A DNA stretch of 64,000 nt from Candidatus Hydrogenedentota bacterium (GTDB taxonomy: Bacteria > Hydrogenedentota > Hydrogenedentia > Hydrogenedentales > SLHB01), in the NCBI GenBank assembly GCA_963668025.2, contig CAXXTH010000017.1, positions 1,546,230 through 1,610,229 of the forward strand, given 5' to 3'. Under the pieces are notes generated by a model. That model was not told where the DNA came from, did no database searches, and was given only the letters and a program-made list of their open reading frames with translations. The translations under genes were made by a program, and so were the position numbers. Below are positions 1-9,717 of the stretch, piece by piece (position 1 is the first letter of the stretch; each line of letters opens with the position of its first letter).

Positions 1-2478
1 CCTGACGGCGCTCCTCCTGAAGGTGGCGGCGCGCCGCCCATGCCGCCAGAAAACGCGGAAAGCCCGCCTGCGGAACAACCACAGCCAGGGGCAGTCCAGC
101 TCCCGCAACGCCCCAATTTACCGTCCCGAAACGCAGTCAATCGTTCTTCATCCGCGCTGCCTGGACTGGCTGCGCCTGGTGGGCGCACGACTTCCACGTT
201 GCCGGGTGGGCCGAAATCTGGGAATATCACGCCGAATCCGCCGGTCATCACGCCCGTGGGAGCCGAGCAAGGCATCACTCCGGCTGGTGTCGGGCGGCCT
301 ACGGATGGAAAATCCGCCACCGAACCGGTCAATGTATATTTCTGGCAGACGGAGCTAGGTGAGATTGTCAAAGCGATTGGCGCCCAGACGGGGAAGAATT
401 TTCTGTTTGATCCGCAGATGGGCCAAACATTGGTGACGCTGGTAGGCCATGCCCCAATCCAGTCGGATATGCTGCTTCCCTTGCTCCAATCAGTGCTGAC
501 CACATATGGCTTTACGATGCGGGAGAGCCTGGATGGCAATATCATAAAGATCCGTCCTTTGAATCAAGACGACGAAATGTCGGAAATGTCCGTTGGCCAA
601 GTAATACCGAACGGATTTGAGGAGTACAGCACCCATATTGTGCCGGTTCAATTCGCTAAAGCGGAGGAGCTTGCGAATCTCCTTCCTTCGCTGGGCTCGG
701 CGATTGCCAAAGTTAATGCGTATGGTCCTACTAATACGCTCATTATAACGGACAATTCATTCGGCGTGCGGCGGATGCTCGAGTTCATCTCGGAAGTGGA
801 TATTCCCGGCTCGGAGATCGTGATGGAGATGTTCCATCTCGATTACGCCCGTGCCGAAGATGTGGCGGAGCAGCTTGTGCAAGTATTGCTGGAATCGGAA
901 TCTGGCGGCTCGGCGCAAAGCAACCGGCAGGTGCAGCCCATGCGGCAGCCTATGCGCCCCGTGCCAGGCCAAACCCAGCAGACGATTGTGAGCACGGAAG
1001 AGCCGCAGTTGCGGGTAGTGCCTGATGAGCGGTTGAATATGGTCATGGTGATGGCCACTAAGTCCCTCATGGACCAAGTCCGCGTGTTGATTGACGCCCT
1101 CGATACGCCGACACGGCCCGATTCCAATAACATGCACGTCTATAACTTGAAAAATGCGGATGCGGAGACATTGGCGGAAACTTTAAATGCGTTAATTAAT
1201 GGCACTACCTCTTCGTCATCGTCTTCTTCAAGCAATAACCGTTCTTCTTCTTCCTCTTCCTCGAATAGAAATGCATCCGCCGATCAGCGCAATTCGCGCA
1301 GTGGGCAGCAATCCTCTAACCGCAATTCGAGCGGAGTGGATATACAGGCGTTCGAAAAAGATGTCGTGATCGAGAGTTATGATTCGACAAATTCACTTGT
1401 GGTTGTGGCGACTCCGCAAGATTACCTTGTGATCAGCGAATTGATAGAACAACTGGACCGGCCCCAGCGCCAAGTGCATGTCGAGTCCATTATCATGGAA
1501 GTCGTGATTGATGATTCCTTCGAGTTAAGCACGGAACTGCTCTCGCTCGGCGGATATGATGGTTTTGCGCTGAATAATATCGTCAATCTCGGCAATCTAA
1601 TGGCGAATGGGCCGATCAGCACAATATCGGGCGATAGCTTTTCGGGGCTGCAAGGCCTGACCACCGGTATTCTCGATGGCACCATGACGCTTCCGGTTTC
1701 CGATGGGGAAGGCGGATGGACCAGCCAGGAGTTTCCAAAAATCCCCGTGCTGCTCCGGGCGCTGGACACCGTTACGACTACCGATGTGTTGTCCCAGCCC
1801 ATGCTGACCACGGTGGATAATGAAGAGGCCAGCATCGTCATCGGCCAGGAGGTGCCTGTCACCACCGGCTCACAGACTTCCACCAATACCGACAGCACGC
1901 TCTATAGTAATATTGAGCGCAAGGATGTCGGTGTGAAGATGACGCTGACGCCCCAGATCAGCCAGGGCGATTATGTGAATTTGGAGCTCGAAGTGGAGGT
2001 TTCCGCGGTGGCCACGGCCACTTCCTCTACTGGGGATGTCGATGTGTTAGGGCCCACGTTCACCAAATCGAATGTGACGAACAATGTCGTGATCCGGGAT
2101 GGCTCCACGGGTATTGTGGGCGGCTTGATCCAGGATAGCCGGATACGGAATAACGACCAGACGCCGATCCTAGGGGATATCCCCGTACTTGGCCGGCTGT
2201 TCGGCAGCAAGACCGACAATCATGACAAGCGCAATTTGGTGGTGCTGGTCACGCCAACTATCGTCAAGGATGGCGTGGATTCCGACCGCTTAACGAAACA
2301 GAATATCGAAGATTTCCAGAGCTACAATATGGACTCGCTGTTTGAATCGGGGTTCATCAAGAAGATTAAAAAGAGGCACACCGAACGGATACATGACCGG
2401 CCGACGGAAAACCGGATAAAGAAGCTATCGGAGACGACGCCCGAATTGAACCTGAATGTTTCTGGGCAGCAGCAATGA
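1..2478 (+). CDS. gspD: Type II secretion secretin GspD (5'-truncated)
   Basis: The frame is open from base 1 (PDGAPPEGGGAPPM), so the true start lies upstream. N0 segment (IGAQTGKNFLFDP), repeated KH-like N domains (LDYARAEDVA, LKNADAETLA) and secretin core (QVHVESII, KDVGVKMTLTPQI, PILGDIPVLGRLF, RNLVVLVTPTIV). Overlaps the gspE start. Confidence 0.95.
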   Translation, partial: PDGAPPEGGGAPPMPPENAESPPAEQPQPGAVQLPQRPNLPSRNAVNRSSSALPGLAAPGGRTTSTLPGGPKSGNITPNPPVITPVGAEQGITPAGVGRPTDGKSATEPVNVYFWQTELGEIVKAIGAQTGKNFLFDPQMGQTLVTLVGHAPIQSDMLLPLLQSVLTTYGFTMRESLDGNIIKIRPLNQDDEMSEMSVGQVIPNGFEEYSTHIVPVQFAKAEELANLLPSLGSAIAKVNAYGPTNTLIITDNSFGVRRMLEFISEVDIPGSEIVMEMFHLDYARAEDVAEQLVQVLLESESGGSAQSNRQVQPMRQPMRPVPGQTQQTIVSTEEPQLRVVPDERLNMVMVMATKSLMDQVRVLIDALDTPTRPDSNNMHVYNLKNADAETLAETLNALINGTTSSSSSSSSNNRSSSSSSSNRNASADQRNSRSGQQSSNRNSSGVDIQAFEKDVVIESYDSTNSLVVVATPQDYLVISELIEQLDRPQRQVHVESIIMEVVIDDSFELSTELLSLGGYDGFALNNIVNLGNLMANGPISTISGDSFSGLQGLTTGILDGTMTLPVSDGEGGWTSQEFPKIPVLLRALDTVTTTDVLSQPMLTTVDNEEASIVIGQEVPVTTGSQTSTNTDSTLYSNIERKDVGVKMTLTPQISQGDYVNLELEVEVSAVATATSSTGDVDVLGPTFTKSNVTNNVVIRDGSTGIVGGLIQDSRIRNNDQTPILGDIPVLGRLFGSKTDNHDKRNLVVLVTPTIVKDGVDSDRLTKQNIEDFQSYNMDSLFESGFIKKIKKRHTERIHDRPTENRIKKLSETTPELNLNVSGQQQ

Positions 2479-4229
2479 ATATAGCGATAGGCGAATATCA
2501 AAATCATCAGGAACGGGAATTATGCGGCATTTTGCTCGCGCATGGACGCATCCATGCCGAGCAAGTGGCGGAGGCGTTCGAGCTGCAAAAGATCCGCCCC
2601 AAGCGTATTGGGCAAGTTTTGCTGGATTTGGGTTATATCGAGGAGGACCATCTGCTCGAGGCCTATAGCGAACAGTTCGGGATTCCATTTGATCCCGATG
2701 TGCGCAATCAATTGGATTCCTCGTTGACGACGAAAGCGCCTATTGGATTCATTCGCGAGTACGGAATGGTGCCGTATAAAAAGAATGGGTCTTCCTTTTA
2801 CGTGGCGGTGAGCGATCCGGCCAATTTGCTTCCACTGGATGACTTGCGCTTGCTGCTCGGGGGAAGCGTCGAGCCGGTCATCTGCCGCCATGCGGACATC
2901 CAGTCCGTCATCGATAATTACTTCGATCAGCAGGGTGAAAACGCGGCGGATATGATCGACAGCATCGTTCTCGAGGAAGACGCCGATGAGCCGCATGCCA
3001 TCGACCTAATGGAAACAGACCGGGATCTGCTGGACCTTGCGAATGAAGCGCCCATCATCAAGCTCATTAATCTGCTTATTTCTGGCGCCGTGAAAGAGCG
3101 CGCCTCCGATATCCATGTGGAGCCATTCGAGCGGGAAGTCGAAGTGCGGTACCGGATCGATGGCGTGCTGTACCATAAGTTCACCGTTCGCAAATCCCAA
3201 CAGGCGGCGGTGGTGTCGCGCATTAAAATCATGGCGCGATTGAATATCGCGGAACACCGGCTTCCGCAAGATGGGCGCATCAAGATCCGTTTGAGCGGTA
3301 AAGAGATTGATATCCGCGTCTCGGTCATCCCTGTACAGCACGGCGAACGCGTGGTGATGCGTATCCTCGAAAAAGGCTCCTTCCTGCTGGGCCTCGAGGA
3401 ACTGGGCATGGACCGGCATGACTATTCGCTGGTGGACAAGATCATCAAGAGCTCCCACGGGATTATTCTCGTGACGGGCCCTACGGGTTCCGGCAAGTCC
3501 ACGACACTATATGCGGCGCTGCAGCGGGTGTTGTCGCCCGATATCAATGTCATCACGGTGGAAGACCCGGTGGAATACCAGATGCCCGGCGTGGGGCAAA
3601 TCGAAGTAAAGCCGAAGATAGGCCTTACGTTCGCCCATGCGCTGAGGAGCATACTGCGGCAAGACCCGGACGTGATTCTCGTGGGCGAGATCCGGGACCA
3701 CGAAACTGCGGAAATGGCCGTGCATGCCTCGCTTACCGGCCACTTGGTTTTCGCGACCCTGCATACGAATGACTCCGCCGGAGCGATAACTCGCCTGGTG
3801 AACATGGGCATCGAGCCGTTCCTGGTCACGTCCTCGACGATTGCCATCATGGCCCAGCGCTTGGTGCGCTGCATATGCCCCGAGTGCAAGGAACCATATG
3901 AGCCGGAACTATCAAGCCTTATCGAGCTGGGCGTGCCGGAAGCCGAGGCGAAGGGGCGCGTAATTTACCGGGGACGGGGCTGTGAACGCTGCCAAGGCCG
4001 GGGATATTACAGCCGGACGGGCATCTTCGAGCTGCTGGTGATGACGCCTCATTTGCAAAATCTGGTGTTGCGAGGCACCGACTCGAATATGATCAAGCGC
4101 GAGGCCAAACGGCATGGCATGCGGACCCTGCGCGAGGATGGAGCCCTCAAGGTGCTCCATGGAGCGACAACCATCGAGGAAGTCATGCGGGTGACTCGCG
4201 ACGATTTCCTCGACGACGTGGCGGACTAG
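2475..4229 (+). CDS. gspE: T2SS assembly ATPase GspE
   Basis: ASDIHVEP, Walker A GPTGSGKST, EDPVEY, LRQDPDVILVGEIRD, His box LHTNDS and a tetra-Cys Zn motif; lies between gspD and gspF. Confidence 0.95.
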   Translation: MNIAIGEYQNHQERELCGILLAHGRIHAEQVAEAFELQKIRPKRIGQVLLDLGYIEEDHLLEAYSEQFGIPFDPDVRNQLDSSLTTKAPIGFIREYGMVPYKKNGSSFYVAVSDPANLLPLDDLRLLLGGSVEPVICRHADIQSVIDNYFDQQGENAADMIDSIVLEEDADEPHAIDLMETDRDLLDLANEAPIIKLINLLISGAVKERASDIHVEPFEREVEVRYRIDGVLYHKFTVRKSQQAAVVSRIKIMARLNIAEHRLPQDGRIKIRLSGKEIDIRVSVIPVQHGERVVMRILEKGSFLLGLEELGMDRHDYSLVDKIIKSSHGIILVTGPTGSGKSTTLYAALQRVLSPDINVITVEDPVEYQMPGVGQIEVKPKIGLTFAHALRSILRQDPDVILVGEIRDHETAEMAVHASLTGHLVFATLHTNDSAGAITRLVNMGIEPFLVTSSTIAIMAQRLVRCICPECKEPYEPELSSLIELGVPEAEAKGRVIYRGRGCERCQGRGYYSRTGIFELLVMTPHLQNLVLRGTDSNMIKREAKRHGMRTLREDGALKVLHGATTIEEVMRVTRDDFLDDVAD

Positions 4230-4232
4230 CGC

Positions 4233-5453
4233 ATGGCTGTATACGAATACGATGCCATCGCGAAGTCTTCCGGCAAACGCGTGCGCGGAATGATTGACGC
4301 CGACTCCGCGGCGGTCGCGCGGCGCAAGCTGCGTGAACAGCAGTTGTTTCCCACCGAGATCCGCGAGAGTTTCTCATCGGGAAAAGGCAAATCCCCTTCC
4401 CAGCGGGGAGGAGGATTTGGCCGCATATCGCCCCGGGATGTATCGCTGATGACACGCCAGCTTGCAGTGCTCCTGCAAGCGGGCATGCCGCTGGTCGAGG
4501 GGCTGTCGGCGTTGATCGAGCAAACGCCGAATCCTCGTTTGCAGAAAATCGTCTATGATGTGCGTGACAAAGTGAATAGCGGTTCACGCCTAGCGGACGC
4601 CCTTTCGGGGCATGGGCGCGTGTTTCCCGATCTGTATGTCAATATGGTCGGAGCAGGTGAGGCGAGCGGGGCGCTCGAACAAGTGCTGTTCCGGCTGGCG
4701 GACATCCAAGAGCGGCAGGTGAAACTAAACCGGCGTATTCAGAATGCGCTGATGTATCCGATATTCATGTCGGTCGTGGGCCTCTCCGTGATCTCATTCT
4801 TAATGCTCTTCATTGTGCCCCGCATTACGGACATGTTCGCGAAGCAAAAACGCGAGCTTCCCGGCATTACGGAGTTTCTCATTGGCCTCTCAAAATTCGT
4901 GGGCCATTGGTGGCCTTTGCTCCTTGCGATACTGGCCGTTTCGATAGTGGGCTGGCGCATGTGGGTGCGGCGGCCATCGGGGCGGCGGAAGTGGGATGAA
5001 TTCCGCCTGCGGATTCCGCTGTACAGCGGTTTGTATATCCGCTTGATGACGGGGCGGGTCGCGCGGACGCTGGGCACCATGCTGGGGAGCGGCCTCAGCA
5101 TGATGGTGTCGCTGGATGTCGTGAAGAGCGTCGTGCAGAACCTCAAGGTCGAGGAAGCGATGGAGGACGTGAAAGCGAGCGTCCGGCGAGGCAAGGATTT
5201 ATCCGTGCCATTGCGGGAAATGGGCATTTTCCCTCCAATGATGATCAGTATGGTGGAGCTTGGGCAGCGCAGCGGTGAGCTGGAAGCGATGCTGCTCAAA
5301 GTGGCGGATACGTATGACGATGAAGTCGAAACGAGCGTGGATGCGCTGGTGGGTCTGCTCGAACCGGCCATGATCGTGGTGATGGCCTTGTTTGTAGGTT
5401 TTTTGGTCATCGCGATGCTGCTGCCCATCCTGCAGATGAGCTCCGGCGTGTGA
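4233..5453 (+). CDS. gspF: T2SS inner-membrane platform protein GspF
   Basis: TRQLAVLLQAGMPL, GEASGALE, ALMYP, LLEPAMIV, AMLLPI; three TM segments. Confidence 0.95.
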   Translation: MAVYEYDAIAKSSGKRVRGMIDADSAAVARRKLREQQLFPTEIRESFSSGKGKSPSQRGGGFGRISPRDVSLMTRQLAVLLQAGMPLVEGLSALIEQTPNPRLQKIVYDVRDKVNSGSRLADALSGHGRVFPDLYVNMVGAGEASGALEQVLFRLADIQERQVKLNRRIQNALMYPIFMSVVGLSVISFLMLFIVPRITDMFAKQKRELPGITEFLIGLSKFVGHWWPLLLAILAVSIVGWRMWVRRPSGRRKWDEFRLRIPLYSGLYIRLMTGRVARTLGTMLGSGLSMMVSLDVVKSVVQNLKVEEAMEDVKASVRRGKDLSVPLREMGIFPPMMISMVELGQRSGELEAMLLKVADTYDDEVETSVDALVGLLEPAMIVVMALFVGFLVIAMLLPILQMSSGV

Positions 5454-5506
5454 CCATGATGCCATGTTATGGTGGAGAGCGGGCGAGCGCAATGGAGGTA
5501 TTTAGC

Positions 5507-5950
5507 ATGAATCAAATAGAACATAAAGCCATGAACCGGAGAGAGCGGGGCTTTACGCTCGTCGAACTGATGGTGGTGGTGGTGATTATTGGCATCCTGG
5601 CGGCGCTGGTGGTGCCTACATTCTTCAAACAAGCGGATAGGGCGAACGTGACTGCCGCCAAGGGGCAAATTAATCTGCTTAAAACGGCATTAGGCATGTA
5701 TAAAATGGAATTCAAGCATTTCCCTTCCACCAGCGAGGGGCTTGAAGCGCTGATCAATAACGAGCGCGAGAAATTCCTCGATCAGGATCTCATCCCTCTA
5801 GACCCTTGGGGCTATCCGTATATATATGTATGCCCAGGCACCAATGGACATGATTTCGAGATCGTGTCTTATGGAGCGGATGGCGCGCCTGGCGGCACGG
5901 GATATGACGCGGACATTTTCAGCTACGACTTATCCGACAAGGGCAACTAG
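5507..5950 (+). CDS. gspG: T2SS major pseudopilin GspG
   Basis: Class III signal RG/FTLVELMVVVVIIGILAALVVP, PSTSEGLEAL, PLDPWGYPY, SYGADGAPGG. GGAGG precedes ATG 5507 (the track start is 5450). Confidence 0.95.
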   Translation: MNQIEHKAMNRRERGFTLVELMVVVVIIGILAALVVPTFFKQADRANVTAAKGQINLLKTALGMYKMEFKHFPSTSEGLEALINNEREKFLDQDLIPLDPWGYPYIYVCPGTNGHDFEIVSYGADGAPGGTGYDADIFSYDLSDKGN

Positions 5951-6013
5951 TAGTTTTTTCAGTTGAGTTTGAAGGCGCGGATGTTTGGCCTAGGGCGGTT
6001 CAAGATTGTATGT

Positions 6014-6062
6014 CGTGGCATGGGGTCCCGCCCATGTGCATGGCCGAGACGGCCACGCCACG
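6014..6062. repeat. REP-like palindrome family A (CATGGGCGTCYCGCCCATG), paired inverted copy
   Basis: cgtggcatggggtcccgcccatg-tg-catggccgagacggccacgccacg; related copies at 56091, 57691 and 61619. Confidence 0.65.
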
Positions 6063-6117
6063 GGAGATGAGAATCAATAGAGATGAAACATTAGTGTTCC
6101 AGCCAAATGGAGGCCGC

Positions 6118-6933
6118 ATGAGCGGTTGCCAACATATGCCGCTAGGCGGAAAAAAGCAGAGCGGGTTCACACTTCTCGAACTGAGCTTGGTGGTGCTGGT
6201 CATGGGCGTGATCATGGCGATTGTGGGTCCACGCATGCTGCCGGCTATTCTGTTCAGCGGCCTGGACGGTTCCGCGCGGCATCTAACGGGTTATGGCCGG
6301 TCTTTGTTAGCCTATTGCGCAATCGAACAGCAGATGGTGACATTCCATGTGGACCTCGATAACGGGGAATACTGGACGGAACGCTGGGTGCTCGAGGACG
6401 AGACCGTGGATGATGAGGATTTCGGAGGCGGCCTGGATTCCGATGACGGCACCTATCATTCATCCAGTTCGGGCTACTCGAATTCATATACATCCGAAAA
6501 AGATTTGGAACAGCAGATGGATGCGCTGGGTGACCAGATGCAGACGCGTTTTGAACGATTCATGAAAATGTCCATCGAGTCGAAGGCCCGCAACCTCAGC
6601 AAGAATGAAGACAGCATCTTGTCTGATGTGGGCCCGCTATTCGAGAAACAATTCAGTTTGGACTGGGAAGACACCCAATATGTGGAAGTCAAGACGGATT
6701 TGTTATCGAGGGTGGTGCTCCCGGAAGACATCCACATTGTGCGGATGAGGGTAGGCAGCGAGGAATACACCAACGGCGAGGTTACGGTGGATGCCTCGGG
6801 CCTGGGGTTTGATGGCACCGTGGAATTTGTTTTGCAAGCGGGTGAGGATCGGTACTACACGGTGGTGTGGGATGCCGTGACGGGTACGCCGCGCATGTTC
6901 GAAGGCCTCTCGGGCAGCGAGGATGGGTGGTGA
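6118..6933 (+). CDS. gspH: GspH-like minor pseudopilin
   Basis: SG/FTLLELSLVVLVMG prepilin motif, position after gspG, GGAGG before ATG 6118; contains an acidic insertion. Confidence 0.8.
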   Translation: MSGCQHMPLGGKKQSGFTLLELSLVVLVMGVIMAIVGPRMLPAILFSGLDGSARHLTGYGRSLLAYCAIEQQMVTFHVDLDNGEYWTERWVLEDETVDDEDFGGGLDSDDGTYHSSSSGYSNSYTSEKDLEQQMDALGDQMQTRFERFMKMSIESKARNLSKNEDSILSDVGPLFEKQFSLDWEDTQYVEVKTDLLSRVVLPEDIHIVRMRVGSEEYTNGEVTVDASGLGFDGTVEFVLQAGEDRYYTVVWDAVTGTPRMFEGLSGSEDGW

Positions 6934-6935
6934 GC

Positions 6936-7394
6936 ATGCCGTGCAGCGCCCGAACTATCCGTTTCCCCCACGGATTCACATCCGCCGCTCGTATGCGCGG
7001 CGGCTCCGCGGGCTTCACGCTCATGGAGATCATGGTCGCGGTGGCCATCCTGGGTTCGGCGGTGTTTGTATTGCTCGAGGCGCATTACGGCGCGATACAG
7101 CTCTTCAATAAAAGTGAAGAGCTCGTGACGCTCCGGGAATTGGTGTCGCGCGCGGTGGGCATCACCCAGCTCGATGTGCTGATCGGCCAAACGAGCGGCA
7201 ATGGCGATTTTGGCGAACGCTATCCTGATTACACCTATGAATATACCGTGGAAGATTATTCAGAAGACTCAGACACCCTGAAGGTGGTTCAAGTGGTGGT
7301 GGCGGGGCCAGAATCGGAATACACCACCAGTTTCCTTATGTATGTTGCATCGACTTCGACGTCGGACGAAGACTCGTCAGGCACTACGTCATAA
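6936..7394 (+). CDS. gspI: GspI-like minor pseudopilin
   Basis: AG/FTLMEIMVAVAILG; small size; GDFGERYPDYTY. Start could be 6936 or 6993. Confidence 0.8.
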   Translation: MPCSARTIRFPHGFTSAARMRGGSAGFTLMEIMVAVAILGSAVFVLLEAHYGAIQLFNKSEELVTLRELVSRAVGITQLDVLIGQTSGNGDFGERYPDYTYEYTVEDYSEDSDTLKVVQVVVAGPESEYTTSFLMYVASTSTSDEDSSGTTS

Positions 7395-7465
7395 GGGGAT
7401 TTTTAAAAGTGGAGCAGGCAAGCCAAAACAAGGAAATGCCAGTGAAATACACCAAAGAAAACAAG

Positions 7466-7551
7466 AAAGCGGTAGCAAGCTACCGCACCCCACATGCGCT
7501 CTAACTCCTTTTTGTGGAACTATTTGGAGTGCGGCAGCTTGCTGCCGCTTT
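7466..7551. repeat. REP-like palindrome family B, inverted pair
   Basis: aaagcggtagcaagctaccgcacccca (7466-7492) and tggagtgcggcagcttgctgccgcttt (7525-7551) are inverted copies, each an 8-bp stem hairpin. Confidence 0.75.
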
Positions 7552-7654
7552 TGGGTGCGGATTTCGTTTGAATGCCCGTTTTCGGTTTTATGGCGACGTA
7601 GATTCACACGGGGCGCATTTTTGGAAGGCCCCATAAGCGGGAGGGTGATAGGCA

Positions 7655-8596
7655 ATGCGGCTGCGCAGGCGCTTGGCGAAACGAACGGGACAAGGCCCGC
7701 TCGTGCGTGCGCATGGTTTCACGCTGCTGGAATTGCTGCTGAGCGTCAGTATTTTACTGGTGGTGACGGCGATTGTTTATGCATCCTTCGCGAGCGTTAC
7801 ATCAAGTGCGTCGGCCACGCGTGAAAAATTGGAGGAGATGCGGCTGCGCGAGTTTCTGGTGCATGGCATTGAGGCGAACTTAGCGGCGGTATATGTGGAT
7901 GCCGATTTCAAAAAAGAAGAGCTGCAACTGGTGGGCGTGGATGATGACACGCTGGATGGGCCGCGCGATACGCTGCGCTTCTGCACGACAGCGCCCGTGA
8001 TGGGCGGCTTGGCGCTTCCAGGCGATGTGAAGGAAGTGCGGTATGAAGTGCTCGATCCAGATTCATCGAGCATGGAATTGTCATGGGACTCGCTTCCGTC
8101 GGAACTCGCGAATACCGAGGTCCCGCTGCTGGTTGCCGAAGAGCGGCCCTTGTCGGAGGAGGATCTGGATACGCTCGATACGAGCGCAAGCCTTCTCGAG
8201 TCCGTGGACACGTATGACACGCCGTATTGGACCGTACCCGTGTGGTCGCTGGATTTCGCCTATTTTGATGGCTCGAACTGGCTGGACGAATGGGATTCGA
8301 TTGACCAGAAACAGCTCCCTTGGGCCATACGAGTCCGGGTGAATTTCGCCCGGACGGATGAACAAGTGCGGCAAGAAAAGAGCAATGGATTGGATATCGT
8401 GGAAGACCCGGATTTGGAGCTTATCGTGCCGATTCAAATAGGGATGGGTTCGTCCGCCTCGGCCGAAAGCGATGATTCCAGCTCGGATGATAGCGATTCG
8501 GGCTCTTCTGATGATGATAACAAGGATGATAGTTCGTCGAAGAGTTCCCAGGGTGAATACAAGCAAGGCGAATCCAACTCGAGGGCGGGGGATTAG
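7655..8596 (+). CDS. gspJ: GspJ-like minor pseudopilin
   Basis: HG/FTLLELLLSV; C-terminal FAYFDGSNWLDEWDS...LPWAIRV typical of GspJ; Asp/Ser-rich tail. Confidence 0.85.
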   Translation: MRLRRRLAKRTGQGPLVRAHGFTLLELLLSVSILLVVTAIVYASFASVTSSASATREKLEEMRLREFLVHGIEANLAAVYVDADFKKEELQLVGVDDDTLDGPRDTLRFCTTAPVMGGLALPGDVKEVRYEVLDPDSSSMELSWDSLPSELANTEVPLLVAEERPLSEEDLDTLDTSASLLESVDTYDTPYWTVPVWSLDFAYFDGSNWLDEWDSIDQKQLPWAIRVRVNFARTDEQVRQEKSNGLDIVEDPDLELIVPIQIGMGSSASAESDDSSSDDSDSGSSDDDNKDDSSSKSSQGEYKQGESNSRAGD

Positions 8597-8598
8597 CC

Positions 8599-9717
8599 AT
8601 GGTGGCGCGGCGAAGAGAAGAAGGCATGGCGCTGCTGCTGGTGTTGCTGTTTTTGGCGCTGCTGTCGGCGCTGATCGTGGAATATATCTATGAAATTCGT
8701 GTCGATGCAGCGCTCGTGAGCAACCACATGGAGCAGATGGAAGCCGGATTGGCCGCGCAATCGGCGGTGGCGATGGGACTTTTTTTAATCGAGCAAGACG
8801 CCTCGAATACGGATGGGGAAAGTGGAACGGAGTTCGATGCGTTCACGGACGCATGGGCGGACGGAGTGAGCTTTCAGCAAACAGAACAAGGCGTATACCG
8901 TTGCACGATCGATGATGAATATGGAAAACTGAATCTTAACGCCTTGTTTAAAACGAGTTCTACCGGCGACAAATCGAAAGATGGTGAAAGCAGCGCATCG
9001 GGCGATGTAAAACGAAAAGCTTCGACCGAAGAGAGCAGCGAACAGACGGACAGCGGGGAAGAAAGCAAAGCTACTGCTACTCAGGAGCCCAATGAGCAGG
9101 TCGTGGAGACCTTGCGGGCGTTGTTGATCGCGCGGGGAGTGGAGCAGGATCCGCTGGATGCTATTCTGGATTGGATCGACACCGATGACGATGTGCGGGA
9201 GAATGGAGCGGAGCAAGCGGATTACGATGCCGCCAGTGTGCCGATTCTATGCAAAAACGGCGCCATGGAATCCGTCGAGGAACTACTCTTGATCCCGGGA
9301 ATCACGACGGCGATATTCTTCGGTGATCCCGACAATGATGAGGTTCCGCTGACGGAACTGCTGACCGTGAATGGAGATTCGAAAGGCCGGATAAACGTGA
9401 ATACGGCGGAGCCGGAGCTATTGGATGCGCTGGGAGAAGTGCTGGGGCGTTCAGGGCTTGCGAATATCGTGGTGCGGCAGCGGGAGGATTCCGTCTTTCA
9501 AACCACCGATGAACTCGAATCGAGGGGCGTGCTGGAAGCCTCTTCATCGGGCGAGGGAGAAGCTTCCACTCCCTTCATTGTCGCGGGAGGGGTATTTCGT
9601 ATATATGGCGACGGCATGTCGGGAGATAGCAAAGTACGCATCGAGACCTATGTGCAGCGCGGCAGCGGGCAAGAGGCGGCGACCCTCAAGCTGATTAACT
9701 GGAGAGTGTTTCAATGA
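8599..9717 (+). CDS. gspK: T2SS tip pseudopilin GspK
   Basis: EG/MALLLVL without Glu5, IDDEYGKLNLNAL, AILDWIDTDD, EELLLIPGIT, RINVNTA. Confidence 0.92.
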   Translation: MVARRREEGMALLLVLLFLALLSALIVEYIYEIRVDAALVSNHMEQMEAGLAAQSAVAMGLFLIEQDASNTDGESGTEFDAFTDAWADGVSFQQTEQGVYRCTIDDEYGKLNLNALFKTSSTGDKSKDGESSASGDVKRKASTEESSEQTDSGEESKATATQEPNEQVVETLRALLIARGVEQDPLDAILDWIDTDDDVRENGAEQADYDAASVPILCKNGAMESVEELLLIPGITTAIFFGDPDNDEVPLTELLTVNGDSKGRINVNTAEPELLDALGEVLGRSGLANIVVRQREDSVFQTTDELESRGVLEASSSGEGEASTPFIVAGGVFRIYGDGMSGDSKVRIETYVQRGSGQEAATLKLINWRVFQ

